From Micrococcales bacterium 73-13 (GTDB lineage: Bacteria > Actinomycetota > Actinomycetes > Actinomycetales > Microbacteriaceae), in assembly GCA_001898855.1 (NCBI GenBank), contig MKVN01000022.1, forward strand, positions 9,883 through 73,882: DNA of 64,000 nt, in the 5' to 3' direction. The translations under genes were made by a program, and so were the position numbers. This document shows positions 16,868-26,319 of the stretch, piece by piece. Below the pieces are notes generated by a model, which saw nothing but the letters and a program-made list of their open reading frames with translations, was not told where the DNA came from and ran no database searches. How positions within the stretch are numbered: the first letter of the stretch is position 1; each line of letters starts with the position of its first letter.

Positions 16868-18016
16868 ATGGACGTCGCCACGATGCTGGCACCGCTGTTC
16901 GAGCCCCTCGAGGTCGGACCGGTCACCCTGCGCAACCGCTTCGTGATGCCGGGCATGCAGCGCGAGTGGTGCGTGGACGGCGTGCCGACGCCGCGGCTGG
17001 CGGAGTACTACCGCCGGCGCGCCGCCGGGGGCACCGCGCTGATCATCTCCGAGGCCTGCGCGGTCGACCACCCGAGCGCGACACAGCGCCCGGTGTTCGC
17101 CTGGCTCGCCGAGCGCAGCCGCGACGCCTGGGCCCGCTGCGTCGACGCCGTGCGGGGCGAGGGTGCCGAGTTCTTCATGCAGCTCTGGCACGAGGGCGCC
17201 TATCCCGGGCGGCGCGGCGAGATCCGGCCGGGCGATCCCCCGGCCCTCAGCCCGTCCGGGCTGATGACGGCGGACCGCCCGAACGGCCGCGCGCTGACGA
17301 CCGCGGAGCTCGACGAGATCGAGGCGGCGTTCGTGCGCAGCGCGCTGCTCGCGCGGTCGATCGGCGCCTCCGGTGTGGAGGTGCACGCCTGCCACGGCTA
17401 CCTGCTCGACCAGTTCCTCTGGCACGAGACCAACCGTCGCGACGACGGCTTCGGCGGCGCCGACCTGCGCGACCGGCTGCGGTTCCCCACCCGGGTGATC
17501 GCGGCGGTGCGCGAGGCGGTCGGGCCGGACATGGCGGTCTCGGTGCGGTTCTCCCAGTGGAAGGAGGCCGACTACCAGGCTCGCATCGCGGAGACGCCCG
17601 ACGAGCTGCGGGTCGTCGTGGAGGCCTTCGAGGCCGCGGGAGCCGACATGCTGCACTCCTCCACCCGGCGCTTCTGGACGCCCGAGTGGCCGGAGCTCGA
17701 CGCCGACCTCGGGCTCGCCGGCTGGGTCAGGCGCTTCGCCCGCGTGCCGGTCGCCGCCGTCGGCAGCCTCGGGCTCGCGACCGACGTCATGACGAGGCTG
17801 AACGGCCGCCCGGCCGAGCAGATCGGGCTGCCGGCGTTCGAGGAGCTGCTGCGCCGGTTCGAGCGCGGCGACTTCGACCTGATGACCGTCGGCCGCGCGC
17901 AGATCGCCGACCCGGACTGGGTCGCCAAGGTGCGGCGCGGGGCGATCGAGGAGCTGCGCGCCTACGACAGCGTCGCGGCCGAGCGCGAGCTCGAGGAGTT
18001 CGTGGCCGCGAGCTGA
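16868..18016 (+). CDS. NADH:flavin oxidoreductase (Old Yellow Enzyme family)
   Basis: 382-aa ORF. LRNRFVMPGM, GVEVHACHGYLLDQFL and a TIM-barrel-like pattern typical of OYE/NemA-type enzymes. Confidence 0.88.
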   Translation: MDVATMLAPLFEPLEVGPVTLRNRFVMPGMQREWCVDGVPTPRLAEYYRRRAAGGTALIISEACAVDHPSATQRPVFAWLAERSRDAWARCVDAVRGEGAEFFMQLWHEGAYPGRRGEIRPGDPPALSPSGLMTADRPNGRALTTAELDEIEAAFVRSALLARSIGASGVEVHACHGYLLDQFLWHETNRRDDGFGGADLRDRLRFPTRVIAAVREAVGPDMAVSVRFSQWKEADYQARIAETPDELRVVVEAFEAAGADMLHSSTRRFWTPEWPELDADLGLAGWVRRFARVPVAAVGSLGLATDVMTRLNGRPAEQIGLPAFEELLRRFERGDFDLMTVGRAQIADPDWVAKVRRGAIEELRAYDSVAAERELEEFVAAS

Positions 18017-18041
18017 CCGGCCCGCGCCCGGGCCCGGCGGC

Positions 18042-19754
18042 TCAGAACGCCTGCTCGATCCAGGCGTCGCCGCCGACCTTCCTGCCGAGGAAGGTCCCCT
18101 GCGGGTCGGCCGTGCCCTCGTAGACCGAGGCGCTCGGCAGCGCGAACTCCTGGTCCTGGAGGCGGGTCGACACGACGATGTCGGCGTCGAACGAGGGGAT
18201 CTCCACGCGGAACTGCTGGGCGTACGCGACCCCGGTCGCGGGGCTCGTCCAGAGCTCGCCGACCGGCGTGATCCTGCTCGCGACGTAGTAGAGCTGCCCC
18301 TGCGGGTCCTGGATCGTCGCGTACGCGTCGACTGGGACGCCGATCTCCGGCTTGTAGCCCTCGCCGATGATGCCGGCGTTCGAGATGGTGTAGCCGTTGT
18401 CGAGCTGCATGTCCTGGAGCAGCCAGCGCACCCGGCTGTCCGAGCTGCTGCCGCCGAAGTAGCCGTACTCGTGGTCCATCCAGGTCGTGCCGCTCACCTC
18501 GTAGGACTTGCCGTCGATCGTGATCGTGCCGCTCGCCTCGAGGCGGGTGAAGGAGAAGTAGTAGTTGTCCTTCGACAGGCTCTGCACGGTCGCGCTCGGC
18601 TCGATCCCGGTGCCGAAGACGAAGAACGGACGGCCCTGCTGGGAGAACGTCAGGTCGAACTCGATCGGCGTCAGGCTCGGGTCGTCGACGAGCGTCGCGG
18701 TCACGTGGATGTCCTGCGACGGGTCCGCCTGCGGCGCCGTCATCGAGAGGGCGTTGCGGACCGCGACGGCCGTCGCGCCGGAGCCGCCTCCCCCGACGAG
18801 CGTGACCGTCGGCGTCTCGGCGTAGCCCGTTCCCGGGTCGAGGAGCACGATCTGGCCGACGGCGCCCGACGCGTCGAGCACGGCCATCGCCGAGGCGCCG
18901 GAGCCGTCGCCCTCGATGCGCACCTCTGGCGCCGAGGTGTAGCCCGAGCCGCCGTCGGTCACGGTGAAGCCGCCGACGGTCCAGCTCGGGTCGCCGAGCC
19001 GCGCGTACCAGTCCTTCGAGGGATCGCCCTCGGCCCAGGTCGAGACGTCGAAGTTGCCGATCGGCTTCGGGACGTAGACCTGGGTGCGCTCGTAGTGGCG
19101 CTCGGCGTCGACGTCGCTCAGCGACATCTGCGTCATCGCGAAGCCCTGGCCGATGAAGGAGGCGCCGTTGAGCTCGAAGCCGAAGACGCGGTCGCCGGCC
19201 CGCAGCGTGCCGATGTGCCACCACCACTCGGTCGGGGCGCCGTTGTGCCGGTACATGTCCTTGGGCAGCGCGAGGACGACGTTCTCCTCCGGCACGGGGT
19301 CGGGCTTCGTGTCGCCCTTCCAGATCGGGTTCGCGGGCACCGCCATGCTCGGAGCGGGCACGCCGCCGGGCCAGTTCGTCGCGAGCAGGATCGCGAGCAC
19401 CGCGGCGGTCGCTGCGACCGCGCCCGGCACCGCGGGCGGCAGCGGCGTCTCGCGGCGGCGCAGGTGGGTGACGATCGCGCCGATCATGACGAGCACCAGG
19501 CCGATCGCGGCCGCCGCGACGAGCCACCACGCGAGCGGCGCGTAGTCGCCCTGCGCGACGAGGCCGACGACGAGCCCGGCGGCGCCGAGCAGCTCGACGA
19601 CGCCGATCAGCTTGATCTGCCAGCCCCGGAACCCCTCCGTCCAGGCCATGCCCATGCGCCGCAGCCGCGCCTTCGGCACGACGAGCTTGAGGACGCCCGT
19701 GACCAGGAACAGCAGTGCGGCGAGACCGCCGAAGATCCACAGTGCGATGCCCAC
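18042..19754 (-). CDS. Fusion protein: N-terminal DoxX-like 4-TM domain plus C-terminal AttH/CrtC-like lipocalin (hydratase-like) domain
   Basis: 570-aa ORF. Residues 1-100 are DoxX-like (LKLV..., ELLGAAGLVVG, IGAIVTHLRRR). AttH/CrtC hallmarks are PTEWWWHIGTL, YYFSFTRLEASGTITIDGKSYEVSGTTWMDHEYG and YEGTADPQG. An inserted tandem GSGYTSAPEV/GTGYAETPTV module is present (see findings). Confidence 0.85.
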   Translation of the reverse strand: MGIALWIFGGLAALLFLVTGVLKLVVPKARLRRMGMAWTEGFRGWQIKLIGVVELLGAAGLVVGLVAQGDYAPLAWWLVAAAAIGLVLVMIGAIVTHLRRRETPLPPAVPGAVAATAAVLAILLATNWPGGVPAPSMAVPANPIWKGDTKPDPVPEENVVLALPKDMYRHNGAPTEWWWHIGTLRAGDRVFGFELNGASFIGQGFAMTQMSLSDVDAERHYERTQVYVPKPIGNFDVSTWAEGDPSKDWYARLGDPSWTVGGFTVTDGGSGYTSAPEVRIEGDGSGASAMAVLDASGAVGQIVLLDPGTGYAETPTVTLVGGGGSGATAVAVRNALSMTAPQADPSQDIHVTATLVDDPSLTPIEFDLTFSQQGRPFFVFGTGIEPSATVQSLSKDNYYFSFTRLEASGTITIDGKSYEVSGTTWMDHEYGYFGGSSSDSRVRWLLQDMQLDNGYTISNAGIIGEGYKPEIGVPVDAYATIQDPQGQLYYVASRITPVGELWTSPATGVAYAQQFRVEIPSFDADIVVSTRLQDQEFALPSASVYEGTADPQGTFLGRKVGGDAWIEQAF

Positions 19755-19862
19755 GGCCGTCCTCCCCGAGACGCGCGGGAGCCGATGCCCCGCGCAGGTC
19801 CAACGCTAGCGGTCATCGGGCTCCGCGCGGCACCGATCCCGGCGCCGACTCCGCCGGAGGCC

Positions 19863-21212
19863 TCAGCGGCTCGACGTGCTCCAGACCTGCCCGCCGGAGC
19901 GCGACCGGCCGCCGGAGCCGCCGCGACGCGAGCGACGGCCGCCGCGGGGCGACGCGGCGCCGGCGCCCTGGGCGCTTCCGCGCGGGGCGTCGCGCGGGGC
20001 CGAGCGGCGCGGCGCGGGCTGGGCGGGCGCGGGCGGTGCGACGCGGGGCGCGACCTCGCCGACGAGCTCGCGCACGGGGGCCGCGGCGGCGGTCACGCGC
20101 TGGCTCTGGACCCGGATCCCGGCCCGGCGCATCATGCCGGCGACGTCGCGCTCCTGCTCCGGCGTCACCAGCGTGACGACGTCGCCGGCCGCGCCCGCGC
20201 GCGCGGTGCGACCGGAGCGGTGCAGGTAGGCCTTGTGCTCGGTCGGTGGGTCGACGTGCACGACGAGCTCGACGTCGTCGACGTGGACGCCGCGCGCGGC
20301 GACGTCGGTCGCGACGAGCACCCGCACGGCGCCGTCCGCGAAGGCCGCGAGGTTGCGATCGCGCTGGCCCTGGCTCAGGTTGCCGTGCAGGTCGACCGCG
20401 GGGATGCCGGCGGCGGTGAGCTCGCGGGCGAGTCGCTTCGCGGTGTGCTTGGTGCGCAGGAACAGGATGCGGCGGCCGACGCCGGAGGCGAGCGCATGGA
20501 CGAGCTCCCTCTTCGCGGCCGCGTCCACGACGAACGCGTGGTGCGTCATCGCGACCGGCGGCGCGTCGATCTCGTCGACCTCGTGCTGCCTCGGGTCGTG
20601 CAGGAAGCGCCGGACGAGCTTGTCCACGCCGTTGTCGAGCGTGGCGCTGAACAGCATCCGCTGCCCCGTCTCCGGCGTCGCGGACATGATCCGGGTCACC
20701 CCGGGCAGGAAGCCGAGGTCCGCCATGTGGTCGGCCTCGTCGAGGACGGTGATCTCGATCGCGTCGAGGCGCAGGTGCCCCTGCTGCATGAGGTCCTCGA
20801 GGCGGCCGGGGCAGGCGACGACGATGTCGACGCCGGCGCGCAGCGCCGCCACCTGGCGGACCTGCGAGACGCCGCCGAAGATCGTCGTCGTGGTCAGGCC
20901 GCAGGCCGCCGCGAGCGGCGCGATGACGGCGTCGATCTGGGTGGCGAGCTCGCGGGTCGGCGCCAGCACGAGGCCGAGCGGTCGGCCGGCACGACGGGTG
21001 CCGCTCGCGAGCCGGGCGACCATGGGGATGCCGAATGCGAGCGTCTTGCCCGAGCCGGTGCGGCCGCGGCCGAGCACGTCGCGGCCGGCGAGGGTGTCGG
21101 GCAGGGTGTCGGCCTGGATGGGGAAGGCGGTCGTCTTGCCCGCGCGGGCGAGGACCTCCACGAGCGCGGCGGGGACGCCGAGCTCGGAGAACGTCGGGTG
21201 GAGGGTGGTCAT
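19863..21212 (-). CDS. DEAD-box ATP-dependent RNA helicase
   Basis: Start refined to ATG 21212 (MTTLHPTFSELGV...), with GAAGGA 4 nt upstream. Q-motif FPIQ, GSGKT, DEAD, SAT, HRSGRTARAG, and an Arg/Gly/Ser-rich C-terminal tail. Confidence 0.93.
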   Translation of the reverse strand: MTTLHPTFSELGVPAALVEVLARAGKTTAFPIQADTLPDTLAGRDVLGRGRTGSGKTLAFGIPMVARLASGTRRAGRPLGLVLAPTRELATQIDAVIAPLAAACGLTTTTIFGGVSQVRQVAALRAGVDIVVACPGRLEDLMQQGHLRLDAIEITVLDEADHMADLGFLPGVTRIMSATPETGQRMLFSATLDNGVDKLVRRFLHDPRQHEVDEIDAPPVAMTHHAFVVDAAAKRELVHALASGVGRRILFLRTKHTAKRLARELTAAGIPAVDLHGNLSQGQRDRNLAAFADGAVRVLVATDVAARGVHVDDVELVVHVDPPTEHKAYLHRSGRTARAGAAGDVVTLVTPEQERDVAGMMRRAGIRVQSQRVTAAAAPVRELVGEVAPRVAPPAPAQPAPRRSAPRDAPRGSAQGAGAASPRGGRRSRRGGSGGRSRSGGQVWSTSSR

Positions 21213-21468
21213 GCTGTCCTTCTGCCGCGCTCGCGCGGCGGGGCGCGGAGGCGGTCGGGATCGGGGGTGGCGAAGGCGTCGATCGACGCGATCGTTCGCC
21301 GGAGAAGATGTCAGCCGTGCTCTCGTGAGGAGATGACGGCGAGGGAGTGTTCCACGACGCTTGCGGAGCGAGAACCGCGCCGCGAGTGACCCCATCCTAT
21401 CAGGACGCCGGCCGGCGGGCCTGCGAGACCCCCGGCCGCGGGCGCCCGGCGAGCGGCTCGCGCGGGCG

Positions 21469-21984
21469 CTACTCGAGCGGCCGGCGGTAGGACAGGTCGT
21501 CCCGGTCCCAGCGCCCCGTGTCGTAGACGTCGAGCAGCCGGTGCGAGCGCGGGCGCGTGACCGGCATCTCGCCGGTCCAGTCGAGGATCAGCACCCGGCG
21601 GGCGATGCGCCACTGCCCCGACCGCCGCTCGAAGCGGTCGACGTACCGGCCGCCGAGCACGTCGTCGCCGGTCTCGTCCTCGCGGCGCTGCACCACGAGC
21701 ACGTAGGTCTCGGTGTGGCAGACGTCGCCGTCGAAGTCGAAGCTGGTGTTGCCGAGGTAGTGGTTGTGCGCGAGCCACCGCTTCGCGTGCTCCCGGTTGC
21801 CCCACTCCGCGAGCTCCTCCGGATCGCCCTGGAACCGTCCGTGCGTGTCGACGGCGTCGGGGTGGAACGCCGACACCACGATCTCCGTGTCGTGGCGGTC
21901 CAGCCCCCGGCTGTACCGGATCAGCGCGTCGCGGATGCTCTCCCGGTCGAGCAGCCGCTGCAGCGCGGCCTCGTCGATCGTCAT
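21469..21984 (-). CDS. SnoaL-like / NTF2-family protein
   Basis: 171-aa ORF. IRDALIRYSRGLDRHD and the overall SnoaL_4 pattern. ATGA overlap with the upstream lactonase gene. Confidence 0.8.
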   Translation of the reverse strand: MTIDEAALQRLLDRESIRDALIRYSRGLDRHDTEIVVSAFHPDAVDTHGRFQGDPEELAEWGNREHAKRWLAHNHYLGNTSFDFDGDVCHTETYVLVVQRREDETGDDVLGGRYVDRFERRSGQWRIARRVLILDWTGEMPVTRPRSHRLLDVYDTGRWDRDDLSYRRPLE

Positions 21985-22901
21985 CGTCCTCCTCCTTGCT
22001 CCTGAGGCTCGGCGGGCCTCGCCGAGCCGGTGTGGATGGGCATGCCGGGCACCCCGAGGCGCAGCCGGAGCAGCCGGCCGGATCCCCAGTAGGAGTGCCC
22101 GAGCGCGTTCCGGCGCTCCGGGCCGTCGTCGGTGAGGTAGAGCTCGTCGCCGTGGAACGCGCAGTTCGTCAGCACCGTGCCGCCGAGGTCGAGGAGCTCG
22201 GCGCCGGAGCCGTCCGCGTGCACGACGTGCAGCCCGCCGGAGTGCAGGGTCGCGACGTAGACGTCGCCGTTCGCCGCGACCGCCATGCCGTCCGGGATGC
22301 TGCCCGGCTCGAACTCGTGGAGATCCTCGATGCGGCCATCGCGGTCCATCCGGCGCATCCGGCGCGAGAACGACTCGACCCAGAGCAGGCGGCCCTCGGC
22401 GTCGACCGCGACGCCGTTCGGGTAGCCGGGGCCGGCCTCGACGACGGTCTCCGCACGACCGTCGGGATGGACGAGGTGGATGAACCCGGGGTCCGGATGC
22501 TCGGGCTCCCAGGGACCCGGGTCGGTGAAGTAGAGCCCCTCGGGCCCGAACGACAGGTCGTTCGGACGGCTCAGCGGCCTGCCGTCGACCTCGGTGAGGA
22601 TCGTCTCGGGGACGCCCCCCTCGACGACGCGCTGGATGTAGCCGGACGACGAGTCGAAGGACCGCAGTCCGCCGAGCGCGCCGCCGTTGTTCGCGACGTA
22701 GACGTGCCCGTCCGCGCCGAGGGTGGCGCCGTTCGGGTAGCCGCCCACCTTGGCGTAGATGTGCTCGCCGCGCTCCGCGGACCAGGCGTTGAGCAGTCCG
22801 CGGTAGGTGTCGGTGTACAGCACCCGTCCGTCGGGCAGGCTCACCGGCCCCTCGGCGTTGGTGATGCGCTCGACGAGCACCTCGGGTTCCCGAGACGCCA
22901 T
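21981..22901 (-). CDS. SMP-30/gluconolactonase/LRE-family lactonase
   Basis: Start refined to ATG 22901 (MASREPEVLVERI...), preceded by GAGGAGGAG. Repeated beta-propeller motifs: NAEGPV, PNGATLGADG, PNDLSFGPEG, PNGVAVDAEG, PDGMAVAANG. Confidence 0.88.
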   Translation of the reverse strand: MASREPEVLVERITNAEGPVSLPDGRVLYTDTYRGLLNAWSAERGEHIYAKVGGYPNGATLGADGHVYVANNGGALGGLRSFDSSSGYIQRVVEGGVPETILTEVDGRPLSRPNDLSFGPEGLYFTDPGPWEPEHPDPGFIHLVHPDGRAETVVEAGPGYPNGVAVDAEGRLLWVESFSRRMRRMDRDGRIEDLHEFEPGSIPDGMAVAANGDVYVATLHSGGLHVVHADGSGAELLDLGGTVLTNCAFHGDELYLTDDGPERRNALGHSYWGSGRLLRLRLGVPGMPIHTGSARPAEPQEQGGGR

Positions 22902-22980
22902 GACTCCTCCTCGTCGTGGGCCGCTCGGCGTGCGGGCTGCATCGGATGCGACCCGCACGCCGAGCGACGGCCGGTCCGGC

Positions 22981-24282
22981 TCAGGCTCCCGGGTTGTTGA
23001 AGAACAGGTCCAGGAACGGCCCGTCGATCCACGGGCCGACGCTCTGCGTGTCGGCCTGCGAGGTCGTCCCCTCGCCCGGCACCACGTACTTGGCGAGGTT
23101 GTCGTTCGTCACGAGCTTCGGGGCGACCGGGATCTGGTTGAGGATCGGCTGCTCGCCCGCCATCACGCGCTGGAGCACGTCCCACACCGAGTCGACGACC
23201 TGCAGCGCCGTCTCCGGCACGCCGACGCCCTGGTAGCCGCTGCCGAGCGCCTGATCCCAGTAGGCGAGCGAGGCGGCTGTCGTGCCGAGGTCGATCACCA
23301 GCGGGGCGGGCCTGCCGACCGAGGCGAACGCGTCCCACACCCCGGCGCCCATGGTGCCGATCTGCAGCACGGCGTCGATCTGCTCCGGGTGCGAGGCGAG
23401 GAAGGTCACCAGCGAGGACTTCGTCACCGAGTTGGAGTACCCGCCGTAGACGGTCCCGACCACCTTGATGTCCGGGCAGGACTCGAGCACCTGCTTCGCG
23501 GCGTCGAGGCTCACGGTCGTGATCGAGATGCCCTCGATGCCGGCCACGACGATCAGGTTGCCCTGGCCGCCGAGCATCCGGGCCGCCTGGGCCATCGGCT
23601 GCGCGACGTAGTTGAAGGGGTTGTTCCCGACGTTGACGGCGTAGCTCGAGGGCACGTTGCCGACGATGGTGATCGTCGGGATGCCCTTCTCGCCGGCCGC
23701 GTCGACCGGCGCCTTCATCGCCTCGCCGTCGAGGGGGTACATGAGGATGACGTCGGCGCCGTCCTCGACGAGCTTGTTGTAGCCGGCGATCTGGTCCGCC
23801 GCGGTCATCGTCGCCGCATCCGCCGGGATCTGCACGAGCAGGTCGCCCTCGACGAGACCGGCCTGCTTCGCCTTCTCGAAGTCGGCCTCGATCTCGGCGA
23901 CGGCCGCGGTCGCCCAGGCGTTCGCGACGGGCAGGAAGGCGAGCCCGACCTTGTACGGCGCCCCGGCCGCCGGCAGCTGCTCGGCCCAGGAGCTCGCCAG
24001 GATCGGCTGCGGGAACCCGCTGAAGGCGTCCTGCGCCGCCTGCGGGAGCTGAGCGACCAGGTCGTCCGGGTCGTCCTGCGGCGGCAGCACCGGGGCGGTG
24101 CCGCAGGCGCCGAGGTCGGGGGTCGCGCTGCCGGTGTCGGCGCCGGTCGGCGACGGCGACCCGCTGCCCGAGCAGGCGGCGAGGGTGATCGCGAGGCTCG
24201 CGGCGCCGAGGACGGCCGCGCCGCGGATCGTCGCGCGGACCGCGCCGGGACTGCCGGACGCCCGCATGATTCTTCCGAACAT
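22981..24282 (-). CDS. Sugar ABC transporter substrate-binding lipoprotein (periplasmic binding protein type I)
   Basis: 433-aa ORF. Signal peptide with lipobox LAAC followed by a Ser/Gly/Pro linker. Sits in an operon with two permeases and a double-ABC ATPase. Confidence 0.85.
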   Translation of the reverse strand: MFGRIMRASGSPGAVRATIRGAAVLGAASLAITLAACSGSGSPSPTGADTGSATPDLGACGTAPVLPPQDDPDDLVAQLPQAAQDAFSGFPQPILASSWAEQLPAAGAPYKVGLAFLPVANAWATAAVAEIEADFEKAKQAGLVEGDLLVQIPADAATMTAADQIAGYNKLVEDGADVILMYPLDGEAMKAPVDAAGEKGIPTITIVGNVPSSYAVNVGNNPFNYVAQPMAQAARMLGGQGNLIVVAGIEGISITTVSLDAAKQVLESCPDIKVVGTVYGGYSNSVTKSSLVTFLASHPEQIDAVLQIGTMGAGVWDAFASVGRPAPLVIDLGTTAASLAYWDQALGSGYQGVGVPETALQVVDSVWDVLQRVMAGEQPILNQIPVAPKLVTNDNLAKYVVPGEGTTSQADTQSVGPWIDGPFLDLFFNNPGA

Positions 24283-24337
24283 TGCAGTTCACTCCAATCG
24301 TGTTCACGGTGCCCGGCGGCGTCGCCGGGGGTCTGGG

Positions 24338-25339
24338 TCAGACGCGGTCCCTGATGCGGCGCTCGCGTCCGTAGATGGCCATGGCGAGGAGGATCACCGC
24401 GCCGTACATGATCTGCTGGTCGGCCGAGGTGAGCCCGTGGCCGACGAGCACGGTGGTGACCATGGTCAGCAGCAGGGCGCCGACGACGGTGCGGGTGTAG
24501 TCCCCCGGCCCGCCGCCGGTCGTCCCGCCGACGATCACCGCCGCGAGACTGATGAAGAGGTACGGGTTGCCGAGGTTCGGGTCGACGTTCCCGGAGAAGG
24601 AGACGAGCATGACGCCGGCGAGCGCCGAACACAGGGCGCTGAACGCGAACGCGATGACCCAGACCCGGCGGGTGCGCACCAGCGCGTACTCCGCGGCGAC
24701 CGGGTTCGCCCCGGTGAGGTACAGCCGTCGCCCGCCGACGGTGAACCGGAGGAACACCGCCAGGGCGATCGTCACGAGCACCCAGATCACGATGATCGGC
24801 GGGACCGGGAGGCCGAAGGTCGTGGAGATCGGCGAGGAGAGCCCGGTCAGCCAGGTGGGCGCCTGCCCCACGACGGCGAGGCCCGACGGCCCGCGGACGA
24901 TGCCGAGGGCGAACGAGCCCATCGCGAGGGTGAGGATCAGCGGCTGGATCCGGAAGCGGTGCGAGAGGTAGCCGACGAGCCCGCCGAGCACGAGCGCGCC
25001 GGGGACGAGGATCAGGAAGGCGCCCCAGAAGCCGATGCCGAGCTGCTCGGAGACCTGGGTGACCAGCAGCGCGCCGGCGACGATGAAGCCGGCGACCGAC
25101 AGGTCGAAGCCGCCGACCAGGATCGTGATGGTCTGGCCGATCGAAGCGAGCCCGGCGAGCGCGGCGATGACGAGCACCGAGACGACGCTCAGGCCGCCGC
25201 CGAATCCGGGCAGGGTGACGACGCCGACCACGAACGCGACGACGAGGAGCACGAGCTGCAGCAGTGGGAAGCGGCGCTGCGCCGCCGCAAGCGCCCGCCA
25301 GGCGCCGCGCCGCGGCGGTGAGCCGGCCGCCGCGCTCAC
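24338..25339 (-). CDS. Sugar ABC transporter permease (ribose/AraH-type)
   Basis: This is the real part of the 476-aa track ORF. The GTG at 25339 overlaps the upstream permease stop (GTGA). Multi-TM hydrophobic sequence with LYLTGANPVAAEYALV typical of this permease family. Confidence 0.85.
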   Translation of the reverse strand: MSAAAGSPPRRGAWRALAAAQRRFPLLQLVLLVVAFVVGVVTLPGFGGGLSVVSVLVIAALAGLASIGQTITILVGGFDLSVAGFIVAGALLVTQVSEQLGIGFWGAFLILVPGALVLGGLVGYLSHRFRIQPLILTLAMGSFALGIVRGPSGLAVVGQAPTWLTGLSSPISTTFGLPVPPIIVIWVLVTIALAVFLRFTVGGRRLYLTGANPVAAEYALVRTRRVWVIAFAFSALCSALAGVMLVSFSGNVDPNLGNPYLFISLAAVIVGGTTGGGPGDYTRTVVGALLLTMVTTVLVGHGLTSADQQIMYGAVILLAMAIYGRERRIRDRV

Positions 25340-26319
25340 GCCCGCCTCCCCGTCCGCTCGCCGGACAGCAGCGCGCCGACCACCACCGCGACGATGAGCA
25401 TCGCGCCGTAGATCGCCGGCAGCCAGGTCTGCGGCACCTGGGCGTCCGCGAGCACCGACTGGACCAGGAAGATCGACGCGGCGCCGAGCAGCGCGCCGGT
25501 CATCCCGCCCGCGCCGCCGGCGAGCGAGGTGCCCCCGAGCGCGACGGCGGCGATCGCGATGAGGGTGTAGGCGGAGCTCGTGCTCGAGTCGGCGGTGCGC
25601 ACCAGCGCGACGAGCACGAGGCCCGCGATCCCGGCGAAGGCGCCGCCGAGGGCGAACGCGACGACCCGCACGGCCGAGACGGCGATGCCGGCGGTGAACG
25701 CCGTGGCGTCGTTCCCGCCCACCGCGTAGAGGTTGCGCCGGAAGGCGGTGAGCCCGAGGAGCGCCCACAGCGCGACCGGGATGGCGAGGCTGATCAGCGG
25801 CCCGGGGAAGCCTCCGATGCTCCCGGCGAGCGACGTCGCCCAGTTGTCGTCGGCGAGCCGCATCGGCGTCGGCGCGAGCTTGAGGTTGATCCCGATGACG
25901 ATGAAGTACATCGCGAGGGTCACCACGATCGGGGAGAGCCGCAGCCAGATGACGATGAGGCCGTTGACGGCGCCGATCGCGCCGCCGAGCAGCATGAGGA
26001 TCGGCAGCGCCTCGAGGCCGCCGAGCCCGTTCGGCGCGAGATAGCCGGCGAACACGATCCCGGAGAGGGTCATCACCGGCCCGATCGACATGTCGATGCC
26101 GCCGCGGCCGCTGACGATCGACGGCATGCTCGCCGCGGCGGCGACCGCCAGCGGCGCGAACGACGCGAGCTGGGCGATCCAGCCGAAGTTCGGCTGCAGC
26201 ACGAGGTTCACCGCCAGCAGCACGATGGTAAGCCCGAGCGCGAGCAGGTAGCCGTGCCGCCGGAGCAGGCGGCGCAGCCGGGGCTCGCCCGCACGGCGCG
26301 GCGCGGCGACGGCGCTCAT
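25336..26319 (-). CDS. Sugar ABC transporter permease (ribose/AraH-type)
   Basis: This is the real part of the 682-aa track ORF. The ATG at 26319 overlaps the ATPase stop (ATGA). MSAVAAPRRAG..., multi-TM, and the LYAVGGNDATAFTAGI motif. Confidence 0.85.
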   Translation of the reverse strand: MSAVAAPRRAGEPRLRRLLRRHGYLLALGLTIVLLAVNLVLQPNFGWIAQLASFAPLAVAAAASMPSIVSGRGGIDMSIGPVMTLSGIVFAGYLAPNGLGGLEALPILMLLGGAIGAVNGLIVIWLRLSPIVVTLAMYFIVIGINLKLAPTPMRLADDNWATSLAGSIGGFPGPLISLAIPVALWALLGLTAFRRNLYAVGGNDATAFTAGIAVSAVRVVAFALGGAFAGIAGLVLVALVRTADSSTSSAYTLIAIAAVALGGTSLAGGAGGMTGALLGAASIFLVQSVLADAQVPQTWLPAIYGAMLIVAVVVGALLSGERTGRRA

